A stretch of DNA of 64,000 nt from Eledone cirrhosa (taxonomy: Eukaryota): positions 398,970,001 through 399,034,000 of the forward strand of contig OZ024741.1 of NCBI GenBank assembly GCA_964016885.1, written 5' to 3'. The translations under genes and the position numbers were made by a program. This document shows, in pieces, positions 21,001 through 39,427 of the stretch (positions are counted from its first letter, which is position 1; the number at the start of each line of letters is the position of its first letter). The notes beneath the pieces were generated by a model. That model searched no databases and was not told the origin of the DNA. It saw nothing but the letters and a program-made list of their open reading frames with translations.

Positions 21001-22919
21001 ATATCATACACTGTGCCATACTCCATATCATACACTATATCATACACTATATCATACACTATAACATACACTATATCATTCACTATATCATACACTATAT
21101 CATATACTATATCATACACTATTTCATATACTATACAATACATATATCTTACACTATATCATATATTATATCATACACTATATCATACACTATATCATAC
21201 ACTATACCATACACTATATCATACACTATACCATACTCTATATCATACACTATATCATATGCTATATCATACACTATATCATACACTATACCATACACTA
21301 TATCATACACTATACCATACGCTATATCATATACTATATCCTATACTATACATACACTATATCATACACTATGCCATACTCTATATCATACACTATACCA
21401 TACTCTATATCATACACTATATCATACACTATATCATACACTATATCATACACTATATCAATCACTATATCATACACTATATAATATACTATATCATACC
21501 CTATATCATACACTATATCATACACTATATCATTCACTATACCATACTCTATATCATACACTATATAATACACTATATCATACACTATATCATATAATAT
21601 AACATACACTATATCATACACTATATCATATACAATATCAAACACTATATCATACACTATATCATATTCTATTTCATACACTATATCATACACTATATCA
21701 TATACAATATCATACACTATATCATACACTATATCATACACTATACCATACTTTATATCATACACTATATCATATACTATATCATATAATATATCATACA
21801 CTATACCATGCTCTATATCATACACTATATCATACAATATATCATACACGATATCATACATTATTCTATACTCTATGTCATACACTATAACATACACTAT
21901 ATCATACACTATATCATAGACAATATCATACACTATATCACATACTATATCATACACTATATCATATACTATAACATACACTATACTATTCTCTATATAA
22001 TACACTATATAATATACTATATCATACACTATATCATACACTATATCATACACTATACCATACACTATATCATACACTATATCATATACTATATCATACA
22101 CTATATAATACACTATATCATACACTATATCATATACTATATCCTACAATATATCATACAGTATATCATATACTATATCATACATTATATCATACAGTAT
22201 ATCATATACTATATCATACACTATACCATACTCTATATCATACACTATATCATACACTATATCATACACTATAACATACACTATATAATACACTATATCA
22301 TATACTATAACATACACTATATTATATACTATATCATACACTATATCATACACTATATCATATACAATATCAAACACTATATCATACACTATATCATATA
22401 CTATTTCATACACTATATCATACACTATATCATATACTATATCATACACTATATCATACACTATATCATATACTATATCATACATTATACCATGCTCTAT
22501 GTCATACAGTATATCGTACACTATATCATACACTATATCATACATTTTACTATACTCTATATCATATACTATATCATACACTAAATCATACACGAAATCA
22601 TACACTATAACACACACTATACCATACTCTATATCATACTCTATATCATACACTATATCATACACTATACCATACACAATATCATGCTCTATGTCATACA
22701 CTATATCATACAATATCATACAATATATCATACACTATATCATACACTAAACCATACACTATATCATAAACTATATCATACACTATATAATGTACTATAT
22801 CATAGACTATATCATATACTATATCATACACTATATCCTATACTATATCATACACTATATAATACACTATAACATATAATATATCATATATTATATCATA
22901 TACTATATCATATACTATA

Positions 22920-25455
22920 TCATACACTATATCATACAATATATCATACACTATACAATACACTATACCATACACTATATAATACACTATACCATACACT
23001 ATATCATACTCTATATCATACACTATATCATACACTATATCATACACTATATCATACAATATAACATATATTATATCATACACTATATCATATACTATAT
23101 CATACAGTATATTATACACTATATTATACACCATACCGTACACCATATCATACTCTATGTCATACACTATATCATACACAATATCATACACTATACCATA
23201 TACTATATCATAAACTATATCATATACTATATCATACACTATGTCATACACTACATAATACACTATATCATACTCAATATCATATAATATATTATACACT
23301 ATACCATACTCTATATCATACTGTATATTATATATTATATCATACACTATAACATACACTATATCATATGCTATATCATACACTATATCATACACTATAC
23401 CATACACTATATCATACACTATAACATACTCTATATCATACAGTATATCCTATAATATAGATACACTATATAATACACTATGCCATACACTATATCATAC
23501 ACTATACCATACTCTATATCATACACTATATCATATTCTATACATACACTATATCATACACTGTGCCATACACTATATCATACACTATACCATACTCCAT
23601 ATCATTCACAATATCATACACTATATCATACACTATATCATACAATATATCATTCACTATATCATACACTATATCATATACTATATCATACACTATTTCA
23701 TATACTATACAATAAATATATCTTACAATATATCATATATTATATCATACACTATATCATACACTATATCATACTCTATATCATACACTATATCATATGC
23801 TATAACATGCACTATATCATACACTATACCATACACTATATCATACACTATACCATACTCTATATCTACACTATATCCTATAGTATACATACACTATATC
23901 ATACACTATGCCATACACTATATCATACACTATACCATACTCTATATCATACACTATATCATACACTATATCATACACTATATCATACACTATATCAATC
24001 ACTATATCATACACTATATAATATACTATATCATACACTATATCATACACTATATGATACACTATATCATTCACTTTACCATACTCTATATCATACACTA
24101 TATAATACAATATATCATACACTATATCATGCATTATATCATACACTATATCATATACTATATCATACTCTATATCATACACTATATCATACACTATATC
24201 ATACAATATATCATACACTATACAATACACTATACCATACACTATATAATACACTATACCATACACTATATCATACTCTATATCATACACTATATCATAC
24301 ACTATATCATACACTATATCATACAATATAACATATATTATATCATACACTATATCATATACTATATCATACAGTATATTATACACTATATTATACACCA
24401 TACCGTACACCATATCATACTCTATGTCATACACTATATCATACACAATATCATACACTATACCATATACTATATCATAAACTATATCATATACTATATC
24501 ATACACTATGTCATACACTACATAATACACTATATCATACTCAATATCATATAATATATTATACACTATACCATACTCTATATCATACTGTATATTATAT
24601 ATTATATCATACACTATAACATACACTATATCATATGCTATATCATACACTATATCATACACTATACCATACACTATATCATACACTATAACATACTCTA
24701 TATCATACAGTATATCCTATAATATAGATACACTATATAATACACTATGCCATACACTATATCATACACTATACCATACTCTATATCATACACTATATCA
24801 TATTCTATACATACACTATATCATACACTGTGCCATACACTATATCATACACTATACCATACTCCATATCATTCACAATATCATACACTATATCATACAC
24901 TATATCATACAATATATCATTCACTATATCATACACTATATCATATACTATATCATACACTATTTCATATACTATACAATAAATATATCTTACAATATAT
25001 CATATATTATATCATACACTATATCATACACTATATCATACTCTATATCATACACTATATCATATGCTATAACATGCACTATATCATACACTATACCATA
25101 CACTATATCATACACTATACCATACTCTATATCTACACTATATCCTATAGTATACATACACTATATCATACACTATGCCATACACTATATCATACACTAT
25201 ACCATACTCTATATCATACACTATATCATACACTATATCATACACTATATCATACACTATATCAATCACTATATCATACACTATATAATATACTATATCA
25301 TACACTATATCATACACTATATGATACACTATATCATTCACTTTACCATACTCTATATCATACACTATATAATACAATATATCATACACTATATCATGCA
25401 TTATATCATACACTATATCATATACTATATCATACTCTATATCATACACTATATC
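22920..25455 (+). repeat. Tandem duplication inside the satellite, period 1267 bp
   Basis: Same variant strings at offset 1267 (ORF starts 23480/24747 and 23419/24686; marker CAATAAATATATCTTAC at 23710 and 24977). Boundaries approximate. Confidence 0.9.
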
Positions 25456-28400
25456 ATAGACTATACCATACACTATATCATACACTATACTATACAATAT
25501 ATCATACTCTATATCATACACTATATCATACACTATATAATACATTATAACATACACTATATCATACACTATATCATATACTATATCATACCCTATATCA
25601 TATACTATATCATACACTATATCATACACTATATCATATACAATATCAAACACTATATCATACACTATATCATATACTATATCATACACTATATCATACA
25701 CTATATCATGCACTATACCATACTTTATATCATACACTATATCATATACTATATCATATACTATATCATACATTATACCATGCTCTATGTCATACACTAT
25801 ATCGTACACTATATCATACACTATATCATACATTTTAGTATACTCTATATCATATACTATATCATATACTAAATCATACACGATATCATACACTATAACA
25901 TACACTATACCATACTCTATATCATACTCTATATCATAAACTATATCATACACTATACCATACACTATATCATACTCTATGTCATAGACTATATCATACA
26001 ATATCATACAATATATCATACACTATATCATACACTAAACCATACACTATATCATAAACTATATCATATACTATATAATATAATTTATCATACACTATAT
26101 CATATACTATATCATACACTTTATCATATATTTTATCATACACTATATAATACACTAGAACATATACTATATCATATACTATATCATATACTATATCATA
26201 AACTATATCATACACTATATCATACACTATATCATACACTATACCATACACTATATCATATACTATATGATATACTATATCATATACTATATCATACACT
26301 ATATCATACAAAATATCACACACTATACAATACACTATACCATACACTATATAATACATTATACCATACACTATAACAAACACTATATCATACACTATAT
26401 CATACACTATATCATACAGTATATTATACACTATATTATACACTATACCGTACACTATATCATACTCTATGTCATACACTATATCATACACTATATCATA
26501 CACTATACCATACACTATATCATACACTATATCATATACTATATCATACACTATATCATACACTACATCATACACTATATTATACTCTATATCATATAAT
26601 ATATCATAGACTATACCATACTCTATATCATACACTATATAATACACTATATCATACTCTATATCATACTGTATATCATATATTATATCATACACTATAT
26701 CATACACTATATCATATGCTATAGCATACAGTATACCATACTGTATATCATACAGTATATCCTATACTATACATACACTATATAATACACTATGCCATAC
26801 ACTATATCATACACTATACCATACTCTATATCATACACTATATCCTATTCTATACATACACTATATCATACACTGTGCCATACACTATATCATACACTAT
26901 ATCATACACTATATCATACACTATATCATTCACTATATCATATACTATATCATACACTATTTCATATACTATACAATACATATATCTTACAATATATCAT
27001 ATATTATATCATACACTATATCATACACTATATCATACACAATACCATACACTATATCATACACTATACCATACTTTATATCATAAACTATATCATATGC
27101 TATATTATACACTATATCATACACTATACCATACACTATATCATACACTATACCATACTCTATATCATACACTATATCATACACTATATCATACACTATA
27201 TCATACACTATATCAATCACTATATCATACACTATATAATATACTATATCATACATTATATCATACACTATATCATACACTATATCATTCACTATATCAT
27301 ACTCTATATCATACACTATATAATACACTATATCATACACTATATCATGCATTATATCATACACTATGTCATACACTATATCAGATACTATATCATACTC
27401 TATATCATACACTATATCATAGACTATACCATACACTATATCATACACTATATCATACACTATAACATATATATACGATATATTATATCATACACTATAT
27501 CATACACTATACCATATACTATATCATACACTATATCATACACTATACTATACACTATATCATATACTATATCATACACTATATCATACTATCATACACT
27601 ATATCATATACTATACCATACACCATATCATACATTATATCATATACTATATCATATACTATCTCATACACTATATCATACAATATATCATACACTATAT
27701 CATGTACTATATCATACACTATATCATACACTATATCATACACTATATCATACACTATATCATACACTATACAATACATCATATCATACACTATATCATA
27801 TACCATATAATATACTATATCATACACTTTATCATACACTATATCATACACTATACCATACACTATATCATACACTATATCATATACTATTCATACACTA
27901 TATCATACACTATATCATACACTATATCATATACTATATCCTACACTATATCATACACTATATCATATACTATATCATACACTATATCATACACTATATC
28001 ATACACTATAGCAATCTTTATATAATACACTATATCATATACTATATCATATACTATATCATACACTATGCCATACGCTATATCATACACTATATAGTAC
28101 ACTATCTCATACACTATAATATACACTATATCATACACTATATCATATATTATATCATACACTATATCATATATTATATCATACTCTATATCATACACTA
28201 TATCATATACTATATCAAACACTATATCATACACTATAACATATACTATTTCATACACTATATCATACACTATATCATATACTATATCATACACTATATC
28301 ATACACTATATCATACACTATACCATACTTTATATCATACACTATATCATATACTATATCATATACTATATCATACACTATACCATGCTCTATATCATAC

Positions 28401-30561
28401 ACTATATCATACACTATATAATACACTATATCATACATTATACTATACTCTATATAATATATTATATCATACTCTATATCATACACTAATTCATACACGA
28501 TATCATACACTATATCATACATTATACTATACACTATATCATACTCTATGTCATACACTATATCATACACTATATCATACACTGAACCATACACTATATC
28601 ATAAACTATATCATATACTATATAATGTACTATATCATACACTATATCATATACTATATCATACACTATATCATACAATATAACATATATTATATCATAC
28701 ACTATATCATATACTATATCATACACTACATCCTATACTATATCATACACTATATCATACACTATATCATACACTATATCATACACTATACTATACTTTA
28801 TATCATACACTATATCATATACTATATCATATACTATATCATACATTATACCATGCTGTATGTCATACACTATATCGTACACTATATCATACACTATATC
28901 ATACATTTTAGTATACTCTATATCATATACTATATCATACACTAAATCATACACGATATCATACACTATAACATGCACCATACCATACTCTATATCATAC
29001 TCTATATCATACACTATATCATACACTATACCATACACTATATCATACTCTATGTCATAGACTATATCATACAATATCATACAATATATCATACACTATA
29101 TCATACACTAAACCATACACTATATCATGAACTATATCATATACTATATAATATAATTTATCATACACTATATCATATACTATATCATACACTTTATCAT
29201 ATATTTTATCATACACTATATAATACACTAGAACATATACTATATCATAAACTATATCATACACTATATCATACACTATATCATACACTATATCATACAC
29301 TATATCATATACTATATGATATACTATATCTTATACTATATCATACACTATATCATACAAAATATCATACACTATACAATGCACTATACCATACACTATA
29401 TAATACATTATACCATACACTATAACATACACTATATCATACACTATATCATACACTATATCATACACTATATCATACAATATAACATATATTATAACAT
29501 ACACTATATCATATACTATATCATACAGTATATTATACACTATATTATACACTATACCGTACACTATATCATACTCTATGTCATACACTATATCATACAC
29601 TATATCATACACTATACCATACGCTATATCATACACTATATCATATACTATATCATACACTATATCATAAACTACATCATACACTATATCATACTCTATA
29701 TCATATAATATATCATACACTATACCATACTCTATATCATACACTATATAATACACTATATCATACTCTATATCATACTGTATATCATATATTATATCAT
29801 ACACTATATCATACACTATATCATATGCTATAGCATACAGTATACCATACTGTATATCATACAGTATATCCTATACTATACATACACTATATAATACACT
29901 ATGCCATACACTATATCATACACTATACCATACTCTATATCATACACTATATCCTATTCTATACGTACACTATATCATACACTGTGCCATACACTATATC
30001 ATACACTATATCATACACTATATCATACACTATATCATTCACTATATCATATACTATATCATACACTATTTCATATACTATACAATACATATATCTTACA
30101 ATATATCATATATTATATCATACACTATATCATACACTATATCATACACAATACCATACACTATATCATACACTATACCATACTCTATATCATACACTAT
30201 ATCATATGCTATATCATACACTATATCATACACTATACCATACACTATATCATACACTATACCATACTCTATATCATACACTATATCATACACTATATCA
30301 TACACTATATCATACACTATATCAATCACTATATCATACACTATATAATATACTATATCATACATTATATCATACACTATATCATACACTATATCATTCA
30401 CTATATCATACTCTATATCATACGCTATATATAATACACTATATCATACACTATATCATGCAGTATATCATACACTATATCATACACTATATCATATACT
30501 ATATCATACTCTATATCATACACTATATCATAGACTATACCATACACTATATCATACACTA

Positions 30562-31379
30562 TATGAAATAGTATATGTTATAGTGTATGATATAGTGTTT
30601 GATATAGTATATGATATAGTGTATGATATAGAGTATGATATAATATATGATATAGTGTATGATATAATATATGATATAGTGTATGATATAGTGTATGTTA
30701 TAGTGTATGAGATAGTGTACTATATAGTGTATGATATAGCGTATGGCATAGTGTATGATATAGTATATGATATAGTATATGATATAGTGTATGATATAAA
30801 GATTGCTATAGTGTATGATATAGTGTATGATATAGTGTATGATATAGTATATGATGTAGTGTATGATATAGTGTAGGATATAGTATATGATATAGTGTAT
30901 GATATAGTGTATGATATAGTGTATGAATAGTATATGATATAGTGTATGATATAGTGTATGGTATAGTGTATGATATAGTGTATGATAAAGTGTATGATAT
31001 AGTATATTATATGGTATAAGATATAGTGTATGATATAATGTATTGTATAGTGTATGATATAGTGTATGATATAGTGTATGATATAGTGTATGATATAGTG
31101 TATGATATAGTACATGATATAGTGTATGATATAGTGTATGATATAGTGTATGAGATAGTATATGATATAGTATATGATATAATGTATGATATGGTGTATG
31201 GTATAGTATATGATATAGTGTATGATAGTATGATATAGTGTATGATATAGTGTATGATATAGTATATGATATAGTGTATAGTATAGTGTATGATATAGTG
31301 TATGATATAGTATATGGTATAGTGTATGATATAGTGTATGATATAATATATGGTATATATATGATATAGTGTATGATAT
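30562..31379 (-). repeat. Inverted block of the 12-bp satellite
   Basis: Sequence switches to (ATGATATAGTGT)n between 30562 and 31379. Its variant order is the reverse complement of 31384-32093 and of ~33750-34566. Confidence 0.97.
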
Positions 31380-33096
31380 AGTGATATCATACACTATATC
31401 ATATATATACCATATATTATATCATACACTATATCATACACTATACCATATACTATATCATACACTATATTATACACTATACTATACACTATATCATATA
31501 CTATATCATACACTATATCATACACTATATCATACTATCATACACTATATCATATACTAAACCATACACCATATCATACATTATATCATATACTATATCA
31601 TATACTATCTCATACACTATATCATACACTATATCATACACTATATCATGTACTATATCATACACTATATCATACACTATATCATACACTATATCATACA
31701 CTATATCATACACTATACAATACATTATATCATACACTATATCTTATACCATATAATATACTATATCATACACTTTATCATACACTATATCATACACTAT
31801 ACCATACACTATATCATACACTATATCATATACTATTCATACACTATATCATACACTATATCATACACTATATCATATACTATATCCTACACTATATCAT
31901 ACACTATATCATATACTATATCATACACTATATCATACACTATATCATACACTATAGCAATCTTTATATCATACACTATATCATATACTATATCATATAC
32001 TATATCATACACTATGCCATACGCTATATCATACACTACATAGTACACTATCTCATACACTATAACATACACTATATCATACACTATATCATACATTTTA
32101 GTATACTCTATATCATATACTATATCATACACTAAATCATACACGATATCATACACTATAACATACACCATACCATACTCTATATCATACTCTATATCAT
32201 ACACTATATCATACACTATACCATACACTATATCATACTCTATGTCATAGACTATATCATACAATATCATACAATATATCATACACTATATCATACACTA
32301 AACCATACACTATATCATGAACTATATCATATACTATATAATATAATTTATCATACACTATATCATATACTATATCATACACTTTATCATATATTTTATC
32401 ATACACTATATAATACACTAGAACATATACTATATCATAAACTATATCATACACTATATCATACACTATATCATACACTATACCATACACTATATCATAT
32501 ACTATATGATATACTATATCATATACTATATCATACACTATATCATACAAAATATCATACACTATACAATACACTATACCATACACTATATAATACATTA
32601 TACCATACACTATAACATACACTATATCATACACTATATCATACACTATATCATACACTATATCATACAATATAACATATATTATAACATACACTATATC
32701 ATATACTATATCATACAGTATATTATACACTATATTATACACTATACCGTACACTATATCATACTCTATGTCATACACTATATCATACACTATATCATAC
32801 ACTATACCATACACTATATCATACACTATATCATATACTATATCATACACTATATCATACACTACATCATACACTATATCATACTCTATATCATATAATA
32901 TATCATACACTATACCATACTCTATATTATACACTATATAATACACTATATCATACTCTATATCATACTGTATATCATATATTATATCATACACTATATC
33001 ATACACTATATCATATGCTATAGCATACAGTATACCATACTGTATATCATACAGTATATCCTATACTATACATACACTATATAATACACTATGCCA

Positions 33097-36000
33097 TACA
33101 CTATATCATACACTATACCATACTCTATATCATACACTATATCCTATTCTATACGTACACTATATCATACACTGTGCCATACACTATATCATACACTATA
33201 TCATACACTATATCATACACTATATCATTCACTATATCATATACTATATCATACACTATTTCATATACTATACAATACATATATCTTACAATATATCATA
33301 TATTATATCATACACTATATCATACACTATATCATACACAATACCATACACTATATCATACACTATACCATACTCTATATCATACACTATATCATATGCT
33401 ATATCATACACTATATCATACACTATACCATACACTATATCATACACTATACCATACTCTATATCATACACTATATCATACACTATATCATACACTATAT
33501 CATACACTATATCAATCACTATATCATACACTATATAATATACAATATCATACATTATATCATACACTATATCATACACTATATCATTCACTATATCATA
33601 CTCTATATCATACACTATATAATACACTATATCATACACTATATCATGCATTATATCATACACTATATCATACACTATATCATATACTATATCATACTCT
33701 ATATCATACACTATATCATAGACTATACCATACACTTTATCATACACTATATCATACACTATATCATATATATACCATATATTATATCATACACTATATC
33801 ATACACTATACCATATACTATATCATACACTATATCATACACTATACTATACACTATATCATATACTATATCATACACTATATCATACACTATATCATAC
33901 TATCATACACTATATCATATACTATACCATACACCATATCATACATTATATCATATACTATATCATATACTATCTCATACACTATATCATACACTATATC
34001 ATACACTATATCATGTACTATATCATACACTATATCATACACTATATCATACACTATATCATACACTATATCATACACTATACAATACATTATATCATAC
34101 ACTATATCTTATACCATATAATATACTATATCATACACTTTATCATACACTATATCATACACTATACCATACACTATATCATACACTATATCATATACTA
34201 TTCATACACTATATCATACACTATATCATACACTATATCATATACTATATCCTACACTATATCATACACTATATCATATACTATATCATACACTATATCA
34301 TACACTATATCATACACTATAGCAATCTTTATATCATACACTATATCATATACTATATCATATACTATATCATACACTATGCCATACGCTATATCATACA
34401 CTATATAGTACACTATCTCATACACTATAACATACACTATATCATACACTATATCATATATCATATCATACACTATATCATATATTATATCATACTCTAT
34501 ATCATATACTATATCATATACTATATCAAACACTATATCATACACTATAACATATACTATTTCATACACTATATCATACACTATATCATATACTATATCA
34601 TACACTATATCATACACTATATCATACACTATACCATACTTTATATCATACACTATATCATATACTATATCTTATACTATATCATACACTATACCATGCT
34701 CTATATCATACACTATATCATACACTATATAATACACTATATCATACATTATACTATACTCTATATAATATATTATATCATACTCTATATCATACACTAA
34801 TTCATACACGATATCATACACTATATCATACACTATACCATACTCTATATCATAGTCTATATCATACACTATATCATACATTATACTATACACTATATCA
34901 TACTCTATGTCATACACTATATCATACACTATATCATACACTGAACCATACACTATATCATAAAATATATCTTATACTATATAATATACTATATCATACA
35001 CTATATCATATACTATATCATACACTATATCATACAATATAACATATATTATATCATACACTATATCATATACTATATCATACACTACATCCTATACTAT
35101 ATCATACACTATATAATACACTATAACATATAATATATCATATACTATATCATACACTATATCATACACTATATCATACACTATATCATACACTATATCA
35201 TACACTATACCGTACACTATATCATACTCTATGTCATACACTATATCATACACTATATCATACACTATACCATACACTATATCATATACTATATCATATA
35301 CTTTATCATACACTATATCATACACTATATCATACACTATATCATATACAGTATCATATACTATATCATACACTATACCATACTCTATATCATACACTAT
35401 ATCATACATTATATCATATACTCTATCATATACTATATCATACAGTATATCATATACTGTATCATATACTATATCATACACTATATCATATACAGTATCA
35501 TACACTATATCATACTCTATATCATACTCTATATCATACACTATACCATACACCATATCATACACTATATCATACACTATATCATACACTATACCATACT
35601 CTATATCATACACTATATCCTATTCTATACGTACACTATATCATACACTGTGCCATACACTATATCATACACTATATCATACACTATATCATACACTATA
35701 TCATTCACTATATCATATACTATATCATACACTATTTCATATACTATACAATACATATATCTTACAATATATCATATATTATATCATACACTATATCATA
35801 CACTATATCATACACAATACCATACACTATATCATACACTATACCATACTCTATATCATACACTATATCATATGCTATATCATACACTATATCATACACT
35901 ATACCATACACTATATCATACACTATACCATACTCTATATCATACACTATATCATACACTATATCATACACTATATCATACACTATATCAATCACTATAT

Positions 36001-38069
36001 CATACACTATATAATATACAATATCATACATTATATCATACACTATATCATACACTATATCATTCACTATATCATACTCTATATCATACACTATATAATA
36101 CACTATATCATACACTATATCATGCATTATATCATACACTATATCATACACTATATCATATACTATATCATACTCTATATCATACACTATATCATAGACT
36201 ATACCATACACTTTATCATACACTATATCATACACTATATCATATATATACCATATATTATATCATACACTATATCATACACTATACCATATACTATATC
36301 ATACACTATATCATACACTATACTATACACTATATCATATACTATATCATACACTATATCATACACTATATCATACTATCATACACTATATCATATACTA
36401 TACCATACACCATATCATACATTATATCATATACTATATCATATACTATCTCATACACTATATCATACACTATATCATACACTATATCATGTACTATATC
36501 ATACACTATATCATACACTATATCATACACTATATCATACACTATATCATACACTATACAATACATTATATCATACACTATATCTTATACCATATAATAT
36601 ACTATATCATACACTTTATCATACACTATATCATACACTATACCATACACTATATCATACACTATATCATATACTATTCATACACTATATCATACACTAT
36701 ATCATACACTATATCATATACTATATCCTACACTATATCATACACTATATCATATACTATATCATACACTATATCATACACTATATCATACACTATAGCA
36801 ATCTTTATATCATACACTATATCATATACTATATCATATACTATATCATACACTATGCCATACGCTATATCATACACTATATAGTACACTATCTCATACA
36901 CTATAACATACACTATATCATACACTATATCATATATCATATCATACACTATATCATATATTATATCATACTCTATATCATATACTATATCATATACTAT
37001 ATCAAACACTATATCATACACTATAACATATACTATTTCATACACTATATCATACACTATATCATATACTATATCATACACTATATCATACACTATATCA
37101 TACACTATACCATACTTTATATCATACACTATATCATATACTATATCTTATACTATATCATACACTATACCATGCTCTATATCATACACTATATCATACA
37201 CTATATAATACACTATATCATACATTATACTATACTCTATATAATATATTATATCATACTCTATATCATACACTAATTCATACACGATATCATACACTAT
37301 ATCATACACTATACCATACTCTATATCATAGTCTATATCATACACTATATCATACATTATACTATACACTATATCATACTCTATGTCATACACTATATCA
37401 TACACTATATCATACACTGAACCATACACTATATCATAAAATATATCTTATACTATATAATATACTATATCATACACTATATCATATACTATATCATACA
37501 CTATATCATACAATATAACATATATTATATCATACACTATATCATATACTATATCATACACTACATCCTATACTATATCATACACTATATAATACACTAT
37601 AACATATAATATATCATATACTATATCATACACTATATCATACACTATATCATACACTATATCATACACTATATCATACACTATACCGTACACTATATCA
37701 TACTCTATGTCATACACTATATCATACACTATATCATACACTATACCATACACTATATCATATACTATATCATATACTTTATCATACACTATATCATACA
37801 CTATATCATACACTATATCATATACAGTATCATATACTATATCATACACTATACCATACTCTATATCATACACTATATCATACATTATATCATATACTCT
37901 ATCATATACTATATCATACAGTATATCATATACTGTATCATATACTATATCATACACTATATCATATACAGTATCATACACTATATCATACTCTATATCA
38001 TACTCTATATCATACACTATACCATACACCATATCATACACTATATCATACACTATATCATACACTATA
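33097..38069 (+). repeat. Tandem duplication inside the satellite, period 2476 bp
   Basis: Identical translated ORFs at offset 2476 (33174/35650, 33286/35762, 34252/36728, 34672/37148). Boundaries approximate. Confidence 0.92.
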
Positions 38070-39427
38070 TCATACCCTATATCATATATTATATCATACA
38101 CTATATCATACTCTATATCATACACTATATCATACACTATATACTATTTCATACACTATATCATACACCATAGCATACATTATACTATACTCTATATCAT
38201 ACACTATATCATACACTATATCATACAATATATAATACACTATATCATACACTATACCATGCTCTATATCATACACTATATCATATATTATATCATACAC
38301 TATATCATACACTATATCATACACAATATCATACAATATACCATACTCTATATCATACACTATATCATATACTATATCATACACTATATCATATACTATA
38401 CAATACATATATCTTACAATATCTCATGTATTATGTCATACACTATATCATACACTATATCATACACAATACCATAAACTATATCATACACTATACCATA
38501 CACTATATCATACACTATATCATATGCTATATCATACACTATATCATACACTATACCATACAGTATATATAATACACTATACCATACTCTATAACATACA
38601 CTATATCCTATACTATACATACACTATATTATACACTATGCCATACACTATATCATAGACTATACCATACTCTATATCATACACTATATCATACACTATA
38701 TCATACACTATATCATACACTATATCATTCACTATATCATACACTACATCATATACTATATCATACACTATATCATACACTAAACCATACTCTATATCAT
38801 ACACTGTATAATACACTATATCATACACTATATCATACACTATATCATATACTATATCATACACTATACCATACACTATATCATACACTATATCATACGC
38901 CATAACATATACTATACCATATACTATATCATACACTATATCATACACTATACCATACACTATATCATACACTATATCATACACTATACTATACACTATA
39001 TCATATACTATATCATACACTATATCATACACTATATCTTACTATCATACGCTATATCATATACTATACCATACACTATATCATACATTATATCATATAC
39101 TATATCATATACTATATCATACACTATATCATACACTATATCATACACTATATCATATACTATATCATACACTATATCATACACTATATCATACACTATA
39201 TCATACATTATACCATACTTTATATCATACTCTATATCATATAATATATCATATAATATATCATACACTATACCATACTCTATATCATACACTATATCAT
39301 ACACTATATCATACACTATATCATACACAATATCATACACTATAGCATATACTATATCATACACTATATCATATACTATATCATACATTATACCATTCTC
39401 TATATCATACACTATATACTATAAAAT

